Shown here: positions 12,186 through 23,445 of the stretch, in pieces
Layout of the letters: the number at the start of each line of letters is the position of its first letter
Numbering within the stretch: the first letter of the stretch is position 1
DNA from: Perkinsus olseni
Lineage: Eukaryota
DNA: 28,425 bases
Assembly: GCA_013115125.1 (NCBI GenBank)
Contig: JABANN010000059.1
Coordinates: forward strand, 62,001 to 90,425
Reading direction: 5' to 3'
Program-made: the position numbers and the translations under genes
The notes under the pieces: generated by a model
Told to the model about the DNA's origin: nothing
Databases searched by the model: none
The model's input: the letters and a program-made list of their open reading frames with translations, nothing else

Positions 12186-13000
12186 CTATTTTGACAAGTG
12201 CCTCACTGGGCTGTCCTTAACAACCCCATGGCTAGCTCTGTCGTTCACTGTTAATCGCTGGTCTGTGGTATGCGTTGAACCATTGCTGAGAATCTCGAGT
12301 AGGTCATTCGAACGCAAGAGCAACATGATACAGAAATTTCCGGGGCAGTGAGTGCAAGAACTTGTTCTCATGTACATGCGTGCAAAGCAACTGTCTAGTG
12401 GGCGGCGTCAGCACGGCGTGAGCATCACCAACAAGCCTCGAGACTTCCTTTGGCATTACGGGAGGCGGAAGGGGATGATCAAGGCCTGAGAAGAATCCTG
12501 GCAGGATGCACTGTCTACATAACACAATCGAGCTGTGCTGCTCATACTAGCTTCGCATTATCAATCCATTCTCTCAACTACTCCACTTCCTATCTGCTCT
12601 ATCTCTTTCACTATGAGCCCAATCTACTTATGTTGTGTTCTACAACTACATTGCCAAACAACGAGATAATACACTGATATGATACGAAAAATGCTCTGGA
12701 AATGACCGTCAAGAGCTACGGGGTGCTGCAGAGGACAAGGCTAACAGATGAAGTCTTCCCTGACCGGCGGAAACAGAATCGCCAGTCTGCTTTCCAAGTT
12801 GATCGCAAAACGATTGACCTCACCGGGCAGTGTGTAGTGCAGTTGCCGGGGTATATAGATATCCAAGACGTCGTTCAAAGCGTCATCGGCCGAGACGTCC
12901 TGCATCGGCTCGGGATGGTTGTTGAGGTAACCCGAGTATGGCAGATCGAAAGGCACTCGGCGCTCCAGGGAATGGATGCTTGAGCTCAGCTTCTCCCGTA
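12186..13000 (-). pseudogene. Possible decayed coding sequence, unidentified
   Basis: Protein-like ORF pieces at 12741-12956 and 12304-12525, the latter continuing through in-frame stops. No recognisable motif. Confidence 0.2.
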
Positions 13001-13051
13001 TCTTGCCGCCGATTGCACGATTTTGCCGACGAAGGCAGTGACATGAGTCAT

Positions 13052-13114
13052 CCGAAAGTATCCACGCTGAGGCTGGTCATGACTCATGACCAGCCTCGGC
13101 GTGGATACTTTCGG
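13052..13114. repeat. 31-bp-arm palindrome with a 1-nt centre
   Basis: ccgaaagtatccacgctgaggctggtcatga-c-tcatgaccagcctcggcgtggatactttcgg, one mismatch. Confidence 0.9.
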
Positions 13115-14327
13115 GTATTTTCAGAACCATCCTGAAGTGTGGTCTCCAATAAGATATCACCGCATCATAACATCCGATCACCCCGCGTATCAATCGCTAC
13201 AGAGAGCCTCTAACTGAGCACATCGACAAGAGTCTAACTACCGTAGTTACGGCGTAGTTACACTACGCCGGAACCGGCGTCGGACAGTGAACTCGAGCAC
13301 AATGAGCAACACGCATAATATGCGTCGCATATCTTCGCAAGCTCGACATTCCATGAGAACTGAGCACGTGGGTGGAAGTCTAAGGCGGTACCGGCTTGGG
13401 GCTATAAACTCGGACACACTCGGCATTCTCGGGAGCGGCAAAGACGTCATCGTACCTCCTCTGGGAGCGTACTGAAAGCTGCGTTCCTCAAAACATGGTT
13501 AGCGAACTGATGAATTTGCCCTCGGAACTTGGCTATGTACCTAAAGGAGATTAACGCATTCGAAGATCAACGTGGCTGAAACTACCCTGGCTCCTCCTGT
13601 TGGACACATCGTGCGGAGTCTACTCACATGTCGTTGCCGCAGTGGTCACGCAGGAAGGTTTTCACAGCACTGTTCAAAGGATTGTGCATCAATCTCGCGT
13701 CGAGCCAATCGCCTTGCATTTGATTAACTCTGTTTGCTAGCTTGTCCAAACCGTAATGGTTACAAACCTGACACCGTGACGATTTTGCAGCTCACGAAGA
13801 TCCTTCTTCCTTTCAAAGGAATCCTTTGCACGCCGGCTTTTCACCGGTTCTGATTCTCACCTGTTTCACATTCTCTGCTGCGTGCATTAGTCGAGAAATT
13901 TTCTGCCAATCGCATGCTCCTGACAGCATTATTTCCTCGGTACTCGGCGCCAAGTGTGGTAGGGGTGTAAGACGCGGACTAAACGAGATTAATACAACGT
14001 CAGGGTTATGGTAAGACTGAAAATCTCATATTTTCGTGAGAAATTCGATCTTGCTGATTGCCATAAGCGCGCTTTAGTCCGTCCTCAATTTCCCAGCCTG
14101 AGCGGTTGAGTATGGAGCCGTGACTCACGGCCCGTGAGTGGTTACTGTTCGCCGTTGGTGAAGTATTCGAAGGGACCTCCCAGCCCGGTCTTGCCCGCTA
14201 CGGCTGTTGCTGCCTTCAATATCTCCCCGGCTGGATAGAGGAACACCATCACATGATAAGGAAGTTACTGGAAAAGGGCAGAAATGATGAACCGATAGGC
14301 TCGCTTCGGGAATGTCGCCTACCGTAA

Positions 14328-14400
14328 GGGGGACTAGCTCAAATGGTAGAGCGCTCGCTTAGCAAGCGAGAGGCACCGGGATCGATGCCCGGGTTCTCCA
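14328..14400 (+). tRNA. tRNA-Ala (AGC)
   Basis: 73-nt cloverleaf: acceptor GGGGGAC/GTTCTCC-A with the G3:U70 Ala identity pair, D arm GCTC/GAGC, anticodon arm CTCGC-TTAGCAA-GCGAG, T arm CCGGG-ATCGATG-CCCGG. Confidence 0.96.
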
Positions 14401-14405
14401 TTTTT
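14401..14405 (+). terminator. RNA Pol III oligo-T terminator
   Basis: TTTTT immediately 3' of the tRNA. Confidence 0.75.
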
Positions 14406-16368
14406 CGTTGAATCCGAATCTCGGCGGTGCGAGCATTAATGCCGAGTCGGCATTGCCGACTGCCGGAGAACTCATACTCCTCGGACGCAATTTCAGGAGA
14501 ATGAGGTCCACCATGAACACCATTCGCGCTACTCGTCCCTAAAAGTTGGGAAAGTGCGACCACATCAGCCACGGTGGCTGAGCCACTTGTAGCAGCGCAA
14601 CGCAACACCTGTTACCGGGGAATTACATGCCCGAGGTGTATCGCCCATAGTACGACCAATGCACTCCGGGGCACTAACCAGTGGCAGCATCATCCCTCAA
14701 CTCCAAAAGAATGCGGTACACACGATGGAACTTGATTGAGACGCTAAAACACAGGAAAAGTGGTGATAGGAACGAAGGAGTACAACGACTATTCCGCAAT
14801 TACAATATAAACGACTATGAGTATCAGCTAGCATCGTCGAGCAGCAATGTAGTCAATGCACAACTCGGACAGAACCACAGCCTCGGAAGTAATCGTTAGC
14901 TACGATCGTAGGCTTGCAAAGTCATGTGACTGGGTTTTAGTCGGGCTGACCAAAACCCAGTCACTCGAACAAATTCACAATGGAAATGCGTGATAGAAGA
15001 GCTTAATAGGGACGGGCGGAGCGCTGCGGTGCTTCACGCACTGAAAAGACACGCAACGAACTAGAGAACTAGGCGAGTGAGAATACTCCCAAAATGTCGG
15101 TTGTGATAGTGCCGTGCGGTCCTCGAGGCTCGAGCACGGGTGTCATAGCTGTGGTCGATGGCGCTGTACCGTCGGTACAGTACCGATTAACGAGTGACTC
15201 GTAGGATGCCCTCCGACTCGGAGGGCGAGAAGAGACTTGAGCAGCGGAAGAATCTACCCTTTCCGTGGAATTTGGATAAGTTGCTCTAAAAATTACCCAA
15301 CTACTTGGGTTGTACGTTTGACGGCCCAGAAAGCTGCGGGCGGGTTCGGATTCCATGAGAGAAGGCGAGCACTAGGAGAGCTGTTGGAATAGTTTTTCCC
15401 GAATCCCTCGCATCCTATTTTTTAAATAGTATTTTACCCCTTCCTCAACTAACTGCACTGTGCCGAGTTATAGTGCTCCGAGTTCCTCGGCACAAGCCGA
15501 ATGTAATTCCAACCGTAAGGATAGCTTTCTTCTAGTATGACGGGCAACGCGAAATGCCTCAGCTTCTTCCGCCGAAAAGTCTTCAGTCACCCTCGACTCA
15601 CTGCGCCTCTCGTTGCGGCTTAGTCAGCTGATAGCCCACCCACCACTCTCGAGTCGTTGATCCAACCTCTATCGCAACATTGGGCGGGAAGAGCGTAGCT
15701 GTTAGCCATCAGGGTACTCAAAGTCAATGGCTCAGTTGAATCCTGAGATTCTTTCACTAAAAACACGCTGATGAAGTTATCAACTAGTGTCGAGCTAAGC
15801 TTAGGTTCCACATTTGCCCACCAGAACAACTACAGTAGCTTCTGACTCAGAAGTCACAGAAAAGTAGTTTCTCAGAGGTTCTGGAAAAGGAACTTCGCTG
15901 TGATCAGAGCGGCGCTAGAGATTCATTCCTCTGTTCAACCTCACCGGCCGTTGACAACGGGGGCAGAGACGGATTACAAATCGTCGCTCGATACAGTAGA
16001 GCAATATTGGTGACGGCGCGAGGTCTTCCGAACACACAAGGCTAGCAACGCTAGCCAAGCTAAGCCTGAGCACTAGCAGAAGGAGTGCCATCTCTCCTCG
16101 TTAGAGGCTCGCTATGGTTCCTGTGTCCCTTCCCCTAAGCCGAGGTTCCCGGGGTAGGCACGAGGAGCACTCTGGGTTTCAGGAAGAGCCTGATATTGAC
16201 AGGGATTTACCCTAAGTTAGGGTGGTTTTGGTGTCACACCAATGCAGTGTGCCTGCGTGTCTCCTGCGCAGCGCACGCCTACGCTCCAAGGTGGGCTGCG
16301 TGTTTAGCATAAGCGAAGTACTCCCTCGCGGAGTTCCATCAGGATAGCTTCGGGTGAGGCTCTGCATA

Positions 16369-19347
16369 ATGGCAGCCCCAGCGATTCGCAAAGCGGTCAA
16401 GCTACGGATATTATTATCATCCTCACCAACGGCGCTGAGCACATTCAATCTCAGGCTGAGATTCTCAGCGACAGCAGAGGTGTGCTCTTGCTCTCGGGAG
16501 CGAGCCAATACACGTATAAGCTTTCCTCGGGCGCATCGTCTGCCGCGGCACAGACTCGCATCCTTACCGGTGAGCGCACCTTGTGTCCCGACGGCTCTGG
16601 TAGTCAGAAGTTCGGATACATACAAGTTAGCCCAATCTCCAAGTAGACCCCAGTCACATCATCGCTGTCCGGATGCTGCTCGTGAGCAGGTACTTTTACG
16701 CTGCTATTGAAGCGGACAGGGATCCAGGGACCGCACCGACTTTCGTCTATTTCGAAGGTGGCCCTGGCGGCAGCAGTCTTACTGCAGCACTTCGGCAAAA
16801 CGGACCATGCATAAGAGATTTCGACACCCGACGTCTGAGACTGAACCTGTGAGTCACTGCGGGGCATTGCTATCGAGTGGAACGTACCTTGGAAGTTACT
16901 CATGGACGGCCCGAGCCAACGGTATGCGGATCGACGCGCCGGCTCCCACAGGCTTCAGTGTGGGACCAGTCGCTCGAGGCACGGAGGACTTCATGCTCGA
17001 TCTGTGAGTATCAATAACACTAGCTGCCAGCTAGTAGCTGCCAGCTACTAGCTGGTATTCTGCGTCCGCCAACTTTGCTTGTTGCAGGGTCGACTTTATC
17101 ACCAAGTTCACTCAGCAGAATCCAATCTTCAATCGAGACCTGCACCTTGTTGGAACTTCATCCTCAGGTGTGGTCAGGGCCGTTGTAGTCGTGGCAGTGC
17201 CTGGCCATTTCAGCCGCCTTCGTGGCGATGCTTGCAGCCCGACTCGCCGAGAAGCCTCAACCCCAGGTTCATCTTGCAGGCGTGATGCTAGTATCTGGTG
17301 TGGTGTCACCGATTGACATGTGAGTCTCGTCGTCATCATCATGAGAGCACCGATTGATATGTTCCTCTGTACACCGAGCAGTGCAAGGTACATTTAGCCA
17401 CGTTACTCCGCGGTTGATCTGCGCTCCAGAAGATCAGAAGCAGTATGATATGAGTGCTCAGTTACCGTCGAGCTGTGCACATGGCCGATGCCCGAAACTT
17501 GCTCCCTAAAGAGGAGTTGAGCTCTCTGAAACGTTCCATGCGGAAACTACTGGCGTGTTTCAGGATATCGAAAATGACCGCGGACCTTCAACAATGTGAT
17601 ACGCAGATTGGACAGTGGAACTCAAATGGACCAGGAAAACCTCCAATTTCAGGTAGGCTGAGGTTCGCATCTACCGACTTACGATCGACTCTTTCCGCCG
17701 GCTTTTTTCTTTCAGCCTTCTGCAATCAAGCTGTGGGAACCTGTGATACTGCGGCCCTCAACCCGATGAAAGAGAAGAGCATAAGCTAGTGAGTCGTCCG
17801 GTGACCAGGTTCAACACTGCTCGCAACGAGTTGCTATGTACACGTACACGAAATTCGTGTCACGAATAATGGGTGCATACAACAGACACTGTCTGGCAGA
17901 GAGTTCTGAATGATTTGGCCTGTGAGCTCGATCGAACGGCTGCAGTGATATGCTTCTGCAAGCAGCGGCATAGTTAGTGCCACACAACCGCAAAAGTTGT
18001 CATCACTTCCGCTCGCTCACCCGGAGGACTTTATACGTGCTCATTCTGAATCCCAACCCCTTCTTTCTTCACCCAGGCGTATATCGACTTTTGGCGGAAG
18101 AAACATCACTTGAATCCTCTTTAAAAGGGGCTCTTTTCTTGATAAGGAGTAGAAGCTGTTCGGCGATACTCACACCACTCTGAAGCTCGGCAAATTTCTG
18201 ACCTCTCGAGCCCGGTCCCGCTCCCACATTCAAATTTTAAATTAATAGAATCAGCGTTGGACATTTGTCGACCGGACTGTATCAGTTATGACGTCCGTGT
18301 ACCAAGTGGACAAGAGGAGACAAAGTATGTCCTCAAGTCTTGGACAGTAAACTGTAGCACTGTCGGTTCAAACAGAACTACTATAATAGCAGTCGTTCTG
18401 AATCTTTGCTCTTTGTTTCGTTCCAATCTCCACATTGAGCACCCTCGCGGAAGCGCGGCGGGTCTAAGCAATAGTTCTCTCCTGTCCTGTTAGATCGATA
18501 CGTTGCTCAACGACCAGGAAATCCAGCAGGAGCTCGGCGTCTCCAAGAAATGGGAAGCTTCTTATGATGAGGTTATGGCTATTCAACAAGCTGTACGCTG
18601 AGCTTGATTTGCTTCCTTAAAAGGTCTATAATGCCTACAACAAATACACGACCTATAATACGACTTATTTCGTGACCAGCCTCCTTGACAAGGGATTGAA
18701 AGTAGGGAAAAAGATATCTTGGAATCACCCACTGAGATCTTGCTTCATTCCGGCGGGTGGGGAGTCTGCAGTATTGACTGCTCAGAATTGATCCATTAGC
18801 TGGTGGTGTTGATTAATCAGAGGCATTCCTTAAACACAGCTTGTCATCATTGCTTGTGACTGAGGAGGACTTTTGTTTGAGTAGTGCTGTACTATGTACT
18901 AGTCATGAACGGGGACCAGGACTATATAACTAATTCTGTTGGTGCCGAGACTTGGGTGCTCAACTTAAAGGGAGCCGACAAGTACGGCGAGAAGTTGCGA
19001 GGCGTCCCTCGTACCCCTGTCAAGGTCAGATCGCTAACTGATCACCTCGCTTGCGATGAATCGTTCCTGTCTCAGTTTGGGGGAGTCGAGCTCGGAATGA
19101 TGAGAGCTCTCGTGTATTCCAATCAAGGAAGACTCGCCATTATCGAGGTATGTAGCTCTGTCTGTCTGATTGTGATGCGCTACCATGTGTGGTGCTCTTC
19201 CTGGTAGCCATTATCGCCGATAATTTATCGGCATCATCCTGTTTCCAGGTGACGAATACAGGTCACATTATTCCGCTATACAAGCTTCTTGAGTTGCAAC
19301 AAGGATTTTATGCCTACCTCTCCGGCGACCTGTGGAAGAGCGACTGA
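16369..19347 (+). pseudogene. S10 serine carboxypeptidase-like gene, copy 1 (type A); full length but probably disrupted
   Basis: Exons give YFYAAIEADRDPGTAPTFVYFEGGPGGSS, NGPC, YSWTARANGMRIDAPAPTGFS, HLVGTSSS, YDVR, VLVMNGDQDYITN and TNTGHIIPLY, with the stop at 19345-19347. Lesions: +14 frameshift at 16455-16468, and two acceptors altered relative to copy 3 (ctcgg vs ctcag near 16528; tactat vs aatag near 18895). Confidence 0.8.
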
Positions 19348-21054
19348 CCTTTATCTGCTTAACTTGGGGAAGTCTGCGATAGAGACGCAGAATTGCCTTC
19401 AGTGGTAACAAGTTCTGAAAGTCCATTTATTCCCTTCCCGAACCAGAAAGAGTAAACTCTTTGAGTAGAGGAGCGTTTGATTTGATAACCTATTTGATAA
19501 GTCCTATTATCATCTCCTATTTATTACTTATTCGTTTTCATCAAGATTACTTCGACCTCTACAACAACCTCTACTCTTGTGTTAACTATATGGCTCAGCA
19601 CAACTCAGAGAAAGGTTGGGAACCTGACAAGAATTTCAGAGTCTTATGATGATCTCGCTACGGAGGTTTTTTGAACCATTTCGCAGCGATAAAGAGAGGA
19701 TCTGCGGAATTTTTTCCAATAACTTTCTGTCTACCTCAAAAAGTCACGTCGATCGTGCCTAACTGTTGGTGCACCGGTCCCGTCGGATTACACCAAGCAG
19801 TGAGCTCAAGAATGGCTCTTCACTGAAGGCGAGTTCGATAGCCCTCATCGACAAAAGCAGATGAGAAACTTGCGCAGTTCATCGTCCAGCATCAATCATA
19901 GATCCTCACCATGTGAGTTGAATGTTTGGAAGGCATCTTGACGCTGGGAAGTCAATGCCGTCTCGGTATTACCGAGACAGTTGCCCGCTTGTGCGTTGTG
20001 TAACACAACATAGTGTAGCAAACATGTCGGAGCTGTACTTGGTCAGACCCCACCGACTCTTCCGAGCAGAGGCTCCAGTGAATCCAGCTCCGTAATTTCC
20101 TAATGGTATCGAGCCAAGAATTGTCCAGGTTCTACCGGTGGTTCACTTGGAGAGCATGAGGTCAGCGAAGTACTGAGTGATGCTCCTTCGAACTATTCTC
20201 CCTGGGGTTACCCGAGTCGGGCACTGCGTTGTCAAATCCAGAACAGGGAACAGAGTTGCTTGTTAAGCGTAGGTTAATTGTAACACCGACCGTGGCCCAG
20301 TCCACTGGATCGACTGAATACTGTTCAACCCGAGCTGACGTTGACAGTATATATTATTGTCGGATATTACGGGAAGGAAAACAGAAAGTGCTGCTCGCGG
20401 GACCCTGGGGTAGGCCACTCAGGAGCACCTTGGTCCCAGGTCCTTGGATTCTGGACTCTGGCACGCTTGTTTGGCTGGCCTTTCTGAGGTTTGGAGTAGC
20501 CTGCCTGTTCATCCGCGGACTAGAGTTTTCTTGCTCAGGAAGGGCGTTGTTCTCTGTGATCGGAACGACACCAGAGTTTCACGCTCCAGCGAAACCACAA
20601 CGGGGGCAGCGACTGCTAATATAATCGTAATATGCACTATAACTCAGTACACTGTACTGAGTACAGCGTGGCTATTGAAGCGGCTATCGAGGTGAAACCA
20701 GTACTGAGCAAGTCTGTAGCTGTTACATAACGTAAAGTCGCCACTACGTTGTCGCTATATTGCAAATTATACGCAGCAAATGGCGGCAAGTAGCGCCGAG
20801 CTAACTTACCCAAGCTGAGCCCGAGTATCAGTAGAAGCAGCGCCACCTCTGGTCGTTCTAAACCCGCTGTGGTCCCGGTGTTCTATTCGTGTAAGCCGAA
20901 GGTTTTTGGGGTAGGCAGTGCCTACTAGGCACTGAGAGCACTCTGCGTTACGAGAAGAGTCTGTTACGGACAGGCTGCCATCTTAGCGTGGTTCTACTGT
21001 CACACCGATGGAGTGTACGTAACGTACGCTAGTGTAACGTACAGTACGTTACAC

Positions 21055-21525
21055 TAGCGTTGCATTCGTGTTGTGTAAAACGCGGGTGTTTCACGCGTTA
21101 CGAGAACCATAACGCGTCATGAGCATTAATTCAGAGTTTAACGCGCGAAACGCGAAATTGGTTCATTACGCCAACATGAAATACAACCGGGTTCCGGTTA
21201 CCGGAAGGTATCGATGTACGAAATAATATCGAAAGTATGTGCTGTTTCTGAGACACAAGAGTACGCTGAGCTGCGGTCAAGTGAATGACGGACTCGGCAG
21301 TACAAGAATCGGTGCGAACCGCAGCGCCGCTTTGTGTTAAACGCGGTTTCCTACCGCGTTAACGCGTAGTACGCGTTATACCGCGCCATGGCGTTGCCGT
21401 TAAACGCGTTATGACATTGAACGCGCGCGTTATACCGCGAATTGGTCGAATAAGACAACACGTCCTGTTTTACGCGTGAAAAACTTCGCGTAAGCCGTTT
21501 TATGCGCTTTACGGGTGCATCTCTA
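21055..21525. mobile_element. Non-autonomous hAT-like element (MITE), about 470 bp
   Basis: Absent from the paralogous upstream regions of copies 1 and 4. Imperfect TIRs TAGCGTTGCATTCGT vs TAGAGATGCACCCGT (revcomp of the right end), with shared subterminal tttcacgcgt and many ACGCG motifs. Degenerate 8-bp TSD gagtgtac (21011-21018) / ctgtgtgc (21526-21533) vs the empty site cagtgtRc. Confidence 0.7.
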
Positions 21526-21659
21526 CTGTGTGCCCGCGTATCTCCAGGCAGGAGTCTCGCGTGCAGCACACACCTACGCAACAAGGTGGGCCACGGGTTC
21601 AGCATAAGCGAAGTGATCTTGCAGAGTTCTATCAGGAGATATCCAGGTTATTCTCCATT

Positions 21660-22066
21660 ATGACAGTTCCAGCGATTCGAGAAGCGGTCAAGCTATGGAT
21701 ATTACTATCATCCTCACCCACGGCGCTGACTCAGCGCCTCTGAGCATTTCGGATCTCAGTGACAGCAGAGGTGTGCTCTTTCTCTCGGGAGTGGGTCAAC
21801 ACAGCTTCAGAAATCGCTCCGGTGCACTGTCAGATTCCACACAAACCCACATGCCAACCGGCAAGCGCACGTTGTGTCCCGATGGCTCTGGCAGTCAGAA
21901 CTTTGGATACATACAAGTCAGCCCAATCACCAAGTAGACCCCAGTCACATCATCGCTGGCCGGATGCCGCTCGTGGGCAGGTTCTTTTAGCTGCTTTTGA
22001 AGCAGACAAGGATCCAGCGACCGCGCCGACCTTTGTGTACTTCGAGGGTGGACCCGGCGGCAGCAG
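21660..22066 (+). pseudogene. S10 carboxypeptidase-like copy 2 (type B), 5' fragment
   Basis: MTVPAIREAVKLWILL... with a +14 frameshift at 21730-21743. Homology ends abruptly after YFEGGPGGS at about 22066. Confidence 0.85.
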
Positions 22067-23445
22067 AAAAGTTCTAGAATCGATTCAAGATTCTAGAATG
22101 CCCCGTTGTGTCTAGACCGCACCACTTTTTGTACCACATCGGGCCGATGCAGAACCACCCTCCGGAGCCGAAACCGGAGCCAGCCAGGAACGGAATATTC
22201 AACTCACATTCTTGCTGTCACCGTACGGCCGTTCCCATACGAGCATGTACCTCTTATTCAGCTGCTCAACCACGCTGCGATGCTCCACTGCCCCTGACAC
22301 AGTCTATTTCTCGCGCACACGTATACTTCCTTTCGAGAATTAGCACAATTTATGAACCACAGGAAAAGACGTGATGCATCAGGCGTTCAGGAAGGCGTTC
22401 ACCGTTCACAGAGAAGTCCGTACAGGAAGGAGCAGGCCCGTAGCAGAAGGCACGTGCTCAGAGTAGACACGACGCTGCAGTCTCCGCTGTCCCATTCTTT
22501 AAAGGGGATGAAGGCCAATATCTCAGGGACTGCTGGCGACGGTCAGGAGAAGGCAACAAAAAAACCGTGAAAATAACAGAAAAACAGTGTATCCTTCACC
22601 ATGAAGAGGATCCACCGAACAGTCTCACTACCGCACTGGAACTCAGTACAGTGTGGTTATTTGAGACAAGGGTCAAGGAAAGATGGAGCCGCACTCGAGG
22701 AGAGTAATGAGATGCTTAACCCTAATCTAAATTAGAGTGCATACTCCGAGTATGATACTCATGCTCGCGACCGCGAGGCTTGCACCGCAAGGCGCATAAT
22801 TAGGTCAGACGAGTATCGGAGACTGATGAGGCGCAGTAACAGTGAAGGTAGTTGCAGGCTGGTCGAGGGACAACCGTGCCTGTGCATTGACTAGGTCTCT
22901 CCCTCTCGACTGCTAGTCGAGAGTCCGCGCTGCTAGTCGACGACTAGCACGGAAAAGAACGTAAAAGAACTCGAACTCGGGAAGTCGATTTACACATAGC
23001 CGAACTCCAATGAAGCTGTACCAGGTAAGACCCTTGCCAAACGGGGTGAAATGGACTAGACACACTCCTACCACAGAAATACGTACAAGGCTAGCAGTGC
23101 TGGACAAGCGGAGCCCGAGCCCTAGTTGAAGCAGTAGACCGGCTGTGGTTCCGGCGTTTCCTCCTTCTAAGCTGAGGTCTTCGGGCTAGTCACCAGCAAC
23201 ACTCCTTCTTACCAGAACACCAGCTAGTCACCAGGCTGCTACAGCCTGGCTTCCACCTTAGCGTGCTCCCGGTGTCACGCCAGGGAAGCGCCCCAGGAAC
23301 TCCGCTCCTGCATGTCTCCTGCGCAGCGCAAACGTACGGTACAAGGTGGGTCAGGGGTCTAACATACGCGTACTTCTCTCGCAAGGCGAAAGCCTATCAG
23401 GATATCCTCGGGAGCAGGTACTCTTTTCCGAGGAGCATTCGTGTG

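Noticed and set aside
14284-14290. ATGATGA box-C-like motif upstream of the tRNA
   Set aside because: No box D or terminal stem at a suitable distance.
14339-14608. Minus-strand 89-aa ORF ending ENPGIDPGASRLLSERSTI
   Set aside because: Antisense translation of the tRNA-Ala gene.
19801-19820. Minus-strand agccattcttgagctca resembling the dinoflagellate/perkinsid spliced leader
   Set aside because: Needs indels, lacks the 5' CCGT and 3' AAG, and has no donor or Sm-site context; probably chance.
22715-22730. ttaaccctaatctaaa, telomere-like
   Set aside because: Only one or two degenerate units.
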